From: Candidatus Auribacterota bacterium
GTDB lineage: Bacteria; Auribacterota; Tritonobacteria; UBA1439
Assembly: GCA_026392035.1 (NCBI GenBank)
Contig: JAPLCX010000083.1
Location: forward strand, 4,597 to 68,596
Direction of reading: 5' to 3'
Length of the DNA stretch: 64,000 bases
Shown here: piece by piece, positions 60,750 to 64,000 of the stretch
How positions within the stretch are numbered: position 1 is the stretch's first letter
Layout of the letters: each line of letters starts with the position of its first letter
The notes under the pieces: model-generated
What the model was told of the DNA's origin: nothing
Seen by the model: only the letters and a program-made list of their open reading frames with translations
The model's database searches: none
Position numbers and translations under genes: made by a program

Positions 60750-60798
60750 AAATCCCAAATCCCAAACCTTAAATCCCAAATCCAAAATCCCAAATCCC
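60750..60798. repeat. Seven tandem AAATCCC heptamers immediately upstream of the prfB RBS
   Basis: aaatccc aaatccc aaacctt aaatccc aaatcca aaatccc aaatccc. Confidence 0.9.
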
Positions 60799-60838
60799 AA
60801 TATAGCAACTGCATCTCCAGGCGGCAATCGTCACATAA

Positions 60839-62320
60839 TCAGGAGCGCCTGAACAGCCTCCCGCAGAAGATGGTGAGTACTGCCGCCAGGCAGTAGATCG
60901 AAAAAACATTCCCCCACTTCGTATACAGCGTGGGTGTTCCCCCGATCCGGATGTTCTCCACCGCCGTTCCCTGGACGCAGAGCTCCCTTCCCAACGCATC
61001 CCGCAGAACATGATACACCCTTCCATGTCGATCGATGAAGCATGAGAGGCCGCTGTTGGTGGCCCGCACCATGGGAACCGCGTTTTCAACGCACCGGAAC
61101 ACCGCGTAGGCGGCGTGCTGGTATGGCTGGCTCGACCTGCCGAACCAGGCATCGTTCGTTATATTGACGAGGAACCGCGCCCCCCGCTGCACGGCCTCGC
61201 GCGCGAGATCGGGGAATATGTCCTCGAAACAGATGAGCGGGGCGAAGTCCACCTGAGAAATCGAGAAGACGGTCGCGGTCTTCCCCTGGCTGAAGCCCTC
61301 CTCGAAGGGGACGAGCTTTTTCAGGAACGGAAAAAACCGCTTGCACGGGATGATCTCGCCGAAGAGGACGAGGTGGATCTTGTCGTAGCGCGCGACCGGG
61401 CCCCCCTGTGCGTCAAGAAGGAAGGCGCTGTTGAAATAGTCAGTGCCGCGGTCCGTCGCAATCGCGTGCGTACTGCCGAAGAAGAGCGGCGTCCGCGTCT
61501 CCTGCTGGAGCGCGGCAAGCGAGTCCCTGAGAACCGGGTCATACATGTAGTAACCGGGCGCCGAGGTCTCCGGCCAGACAATGATGTCCGGTTTCTCGTT
61601 CATGACCGAGAGGGTGAGGTCATGGAAGCGTTGGATAATCTCCCGCTGGAAACCCTCCCCGAATTTTTCTTCCTGTGGCACATTCCCCTGGATGACGGCG
61701 ACCTTGACCAATTTCGCCTCCGGGGCGCCTATGACAAGGCTCACGGCGCCATACGCGGAGCACAACCCCACCACCAGGAATGTCGCGGCAGCCGGCGCCA
61801 CGCATCGCCGGCCGCGCCTGAGCGCACACTCGTATATCACCGCGTTCACGAGCACGACGATGAATGACACGCCATAGACCCCGGTCAAAGAGGCTATCTG
61901 TATGAGGTGCAGAAACCGGTACTGCGTCGCTCCCAGCACACCCCAGGGAAGCCCCGTTAAGGCGTACGTCCGAACGTATTCCAGGGCGGTCCAGAAGAGC
62001 GGGGCGAAGAGCCAGCCGGGTACTCTCCCTTCCCGGCGCACCCAGTTCATGCCGATCCCGAAAACCGGGAAGTAGAGGGCGAGATAGAGCGTGAGGACGA
62101 AAAAGCCAGCGACAGTCACGTTATTGAGCCAGTAGAAGAGGCTCCAGTAAAAGGCGACTCCCCCCGCGTACCCGATCCGGAGTGTCTCCTTCCATCCCCT
62201 GCCTTCGATGGCCGTGAAAAAAGGTATCAGGCAGATCCAGGCGAGGCAATTCCAGTCCGTGTTCGGGAAGGACACGGTCATCATCAGACCGGATAAAATC
62301 GACAGGAGGTATGGTTGCAT
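60839..62320 (-). CDS. lnt: Apolipoprotein N-acyltransferase
   Basis: TGLPW..LG, G.YGVSF, QGN, VWPET, YDKIHLVLFGE, ICFEDIF, TNDAWFG, RATNSG. Confidence 0.95.
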   Translation of the reverse strand: MQPYLLSILSGLMMTVSFPNTDWNCLAWICLIPFFTAIEGRGWKETLRIGYAGGVAFYWSLFYWLNNVTVAGFFVLTLYLALYFPVFGIGMNWVRREGRVPGWLFAPLFWTALEYVRTYALTGLPWGVLGATQYRFLHLIQIASLTGVYGVSFIVVLVNAVIYECALRRGRRCVAPAAATFLVVGLCSAYGAVSLVIGAPEAKLVKVAVIQGNVPQEEKFGEGFQREIIQRFHDLTLSVMNEKPDIIVWPETSAPGYYMYDPVLRDSLAALQQETRTPLFFGSTHAIATDRGTDYFNSAFLLDAQGGPVARYDKIHLVLFGEIIPCKRFFPFLKKLVPFEEGFSQGKTATVFSISQVDFAPLICFEDIFPDLAREAVQRGARFLVNITNDAWFGRSSQPYQHAAYAVFRCVENAVPMVRATNSGLSCFIDRHGRVYHVLRDALGRELCVQGTAVENIRIGGTPTLYTKWGNVFSIYCLAAVLTIFCGRLFRRS

Positions 62321-62322
62321 AA

Positions 62323-62438
62323 AAGTTCAAACGGTTTAAACCCCTGCACTCAGGTTCAAACCGTTCAAATTGTTGAAATTGTTAAAGTCGTTCACCGTAT
62401 CGAATCAAACGGCTCCAACGACTTAAACGATTACGATT
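62323..62438. repeat. Degenerate 9-bp GTTCAAAYY / TTRAACGAY inverted-arm element
   Basis: gttcaaacc gttcaaatt gttgaaatt gttaaagtc gttca ... tcaaacggc tccaacgac ttaaacgat. Confidence 0.65.
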
Positions 62439-64000
62439 GCCCGCAGCACTTCTTGTACTTCCTGCCGCTGCCGCAGGGGCATGGCTCGTTGGGACCCACC
62501 TTCTTGTCCTTCCTCACAAATGGTTTTTTCACGGGCTGCTCTCCCTCGTCGCCCCCGCCCGCTGAATATGCGAGCTCACCCCGCGCCCCCACTCCCGCGA
62601 GGGCCGGTTCTTCCTCCTCGGCCATGTGGAAGGCGCTCACTTCCCTGTGCACGTACTGCTGCGCCGATGGCTCCTGGGCAATCTTCCGCATCGCCTCGGG
62701 AGAAAAGGTGATCCGGAAGATGCCGCTCACGATCTCTCCTTTCACGCTCCCCATCATCTCGGCGAACATATCAAAGCCTTCCCTCTTGTACTCCACCAGC
62801 GGGTCCTTCTGACCATATGCCCTGAGGAAGATGCCCTCGCGCAGCGCATCCATGTTGTAGAGGTGCTCTTTCCAGAGCCGGTCCACCACGCTGAGCATGA
62901 GGAGGCGCGTGAGCCGCTGCATCGCTGACTCCGCTCCCTCGCCGGCCTGGCCCATCTGCCGCGACGCCTCATCTTCGAACCGCCCCTTCCGTTCGTAGGC
63001 GGAAGAGAGCGCGGACACTATCGCCGCCCTGACCTCCTCAGGGCCGAACCCTTCCTTTTCGAGGTCCGCCGGTTTGAGAAACACGGGGAACGTAAGATTG
63101 AGCCAGCGGAGGAAACCGTCCAGGTCCCACTCATCCCGGTGAGCCCCCTCGGGAATATAGAGGGGGAGCTTTTCATCAACGGCCTCCGTGATCAGCTCCA
63201 TCACCATGCCCGTGGGGTCATCGGTCCTGAGAATCTCTTCCCGAAACTCGTAGATGACCTCCCGCTGCTTGTTCATCACGTCATCGTACTCGAGCGTGTG
63301 CTTCCGGACGGCGAAGTTGCGCTGCTCGACACGCTTCTGCGCGGTCTCAATAGACTTGGTGAGCAGCGGGTGGACGAGCTCTTCGCCCTCTTTCATCCCG
63401 ATCCTGTCCATGACCCTCGCAATACGGTCTGAACCGAACAGCCGCATGAGGTCGTCCTCGAGCGAGAGATAGAAACGCGACGAGCCCGGATCCCCCTGGC
63501 GCGCGCTCCGCCCGCGGAGCTGACGGTCTATACGCCGCGCCTCATGGCGCTCCGTGCCGATGATGTGCAGGCCGCAGGGCGGGTCGTCCCCGCACTCGAA
63601 CATCCGCACCGTCTTGCCATCCGGCGGCTGGGCCGCGCGCCTGCATTCTTTTTCTCTCGCGCACTTCATGCAGCACCAGCGCGCACCCTCCACGATGCAC
63701 TCAGGATTGACGACCCCCTCGCCGAGCTTGATATCGGTGCCGCGCCCGGCCATGTTCGTGGCGATGGTGACCGCGCCCTTCTGTCCCGTCCCGGCGATGA
63801 TCTCCGCCTCCTGCTGGTGGTGGCGCGCGTTGAGGACGGAGTGCGTGATCCCGCGCCGCTGGAGGAGCCGACTGAGCACTTCCGACTGCTCAACGCTTAT
63901 GGTCCCGACCAGCACCGGTCTCCCCTTCTTGTTCAACGCTTCGATCTCGTCAACGACCGCGTTGTATTTCTCGCGGCGGGTCTTGTAGATCACGTCGTGG
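62431..64000 (-). CDS. secA: Preprotein translocase ATPase SecA (3' part; 5' end outside the window)
   Basis: GRPVLVGT.S, ATNMAGRGTDI, GTERHE.RRID.QLRGRS.RQGDPG, QKDPLVEYK, SEC-C motif CPCGSGRKYKKCCG. Confidence 0.97.
   Translation of the reverse strand, partial: HDVIYKTRREKYNAVVDEIEALNKKGRPVLVGTISVEQSEVLSRLLQRRGITHSVLNARHHQQEAEIIAGTGQKGAVTIATNMAGRGTDIKLGEGVVNPECIVEGARWCCMKCAREKECRRAAQPPDGKTVRMFECGDDPPCGLHIIGTERHEARRIDRQLRGRSARQGDPGSSRFYLSLEDDLMRLFGSDRIARVMDRIGMKEGEELVHPLLTKSIETAQKRVEQRNFAVRKHTLEYDDVMNKQREVIYEFREEILRTDDPTGMVMELITEAVDEKLPLYIPEGAHRDEWDLDGFLRWLNLTFPVFLKPADLEKEGFGPEEVRAAIVSALSSAYERKGRFEDEASRQMGQAGEGAESAMQRLTRLLMLSVVDRLWKEHLYNMDALREGIFLRAYGQKDPLVEYKREGFDMFAEMMGSVKGEIVSGIFRITFSPEAMRKIAQEPSAQQYVHREVSAFHMAEEEEPALAGVGARGELAYSAGGGDEGEQPVKKPFVRKDKKVGPNEPCPCGSGRKYKKCCGQS

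Noticed and set aside
60750..60798. CRISPR array at this or other periodic repeats
   Set aside because: Units are 7-10 bp with no unique spacers, and there are no cas genes.

Overview
GC-rich bacterial chromosomal segment with almost all genes on the minus strand. It has four parts. (1) 1-9.6 kb, housekeeping run: PfkB kinase, thiC, thiE, heptose adenylyltransferase, gmhA, pfk, amaP-like, accC, accB, pepP-like, aroQ. (2) 9.7-26.4 kb, surface polysaccharide locus: O-antigen ligase-TPR, WecA/MraY-like transferase, methyltransferases, murJ, GT4s, asnB, Trm112-like, radC, rfbDBAC and a flippase-like gene. (3) 26.5-32.7 kb: thiD, NUDIX, ArsC-like, a plus-strand zinc metallopeptidase plus circularly permuted ATP-grasp ligase pair, and dcd. 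(4) 32.8-64 kb: an array of about ten polytopic GT-C/YfhO-like membrane proteins with a GtrB-like GT2, interrupted by a RAYT-type transposase bounded by perfect 21-bp inverted repeats, followed by lolD/lolE, lysS, frameshifted prfB, lnt and the 3' part of secA. The most unusual signal is non-coding. Many gene junctions carry small elements built from 7-10 bp periodic repeats, often as inverted arms with short palindromes nested inside, and several are read in frame within genes or at their 3' ends. I saw no rRNA, tRNA, CRISPR array or reverse transcriptase. All calls come from reading motifs by eye; no searches were run.
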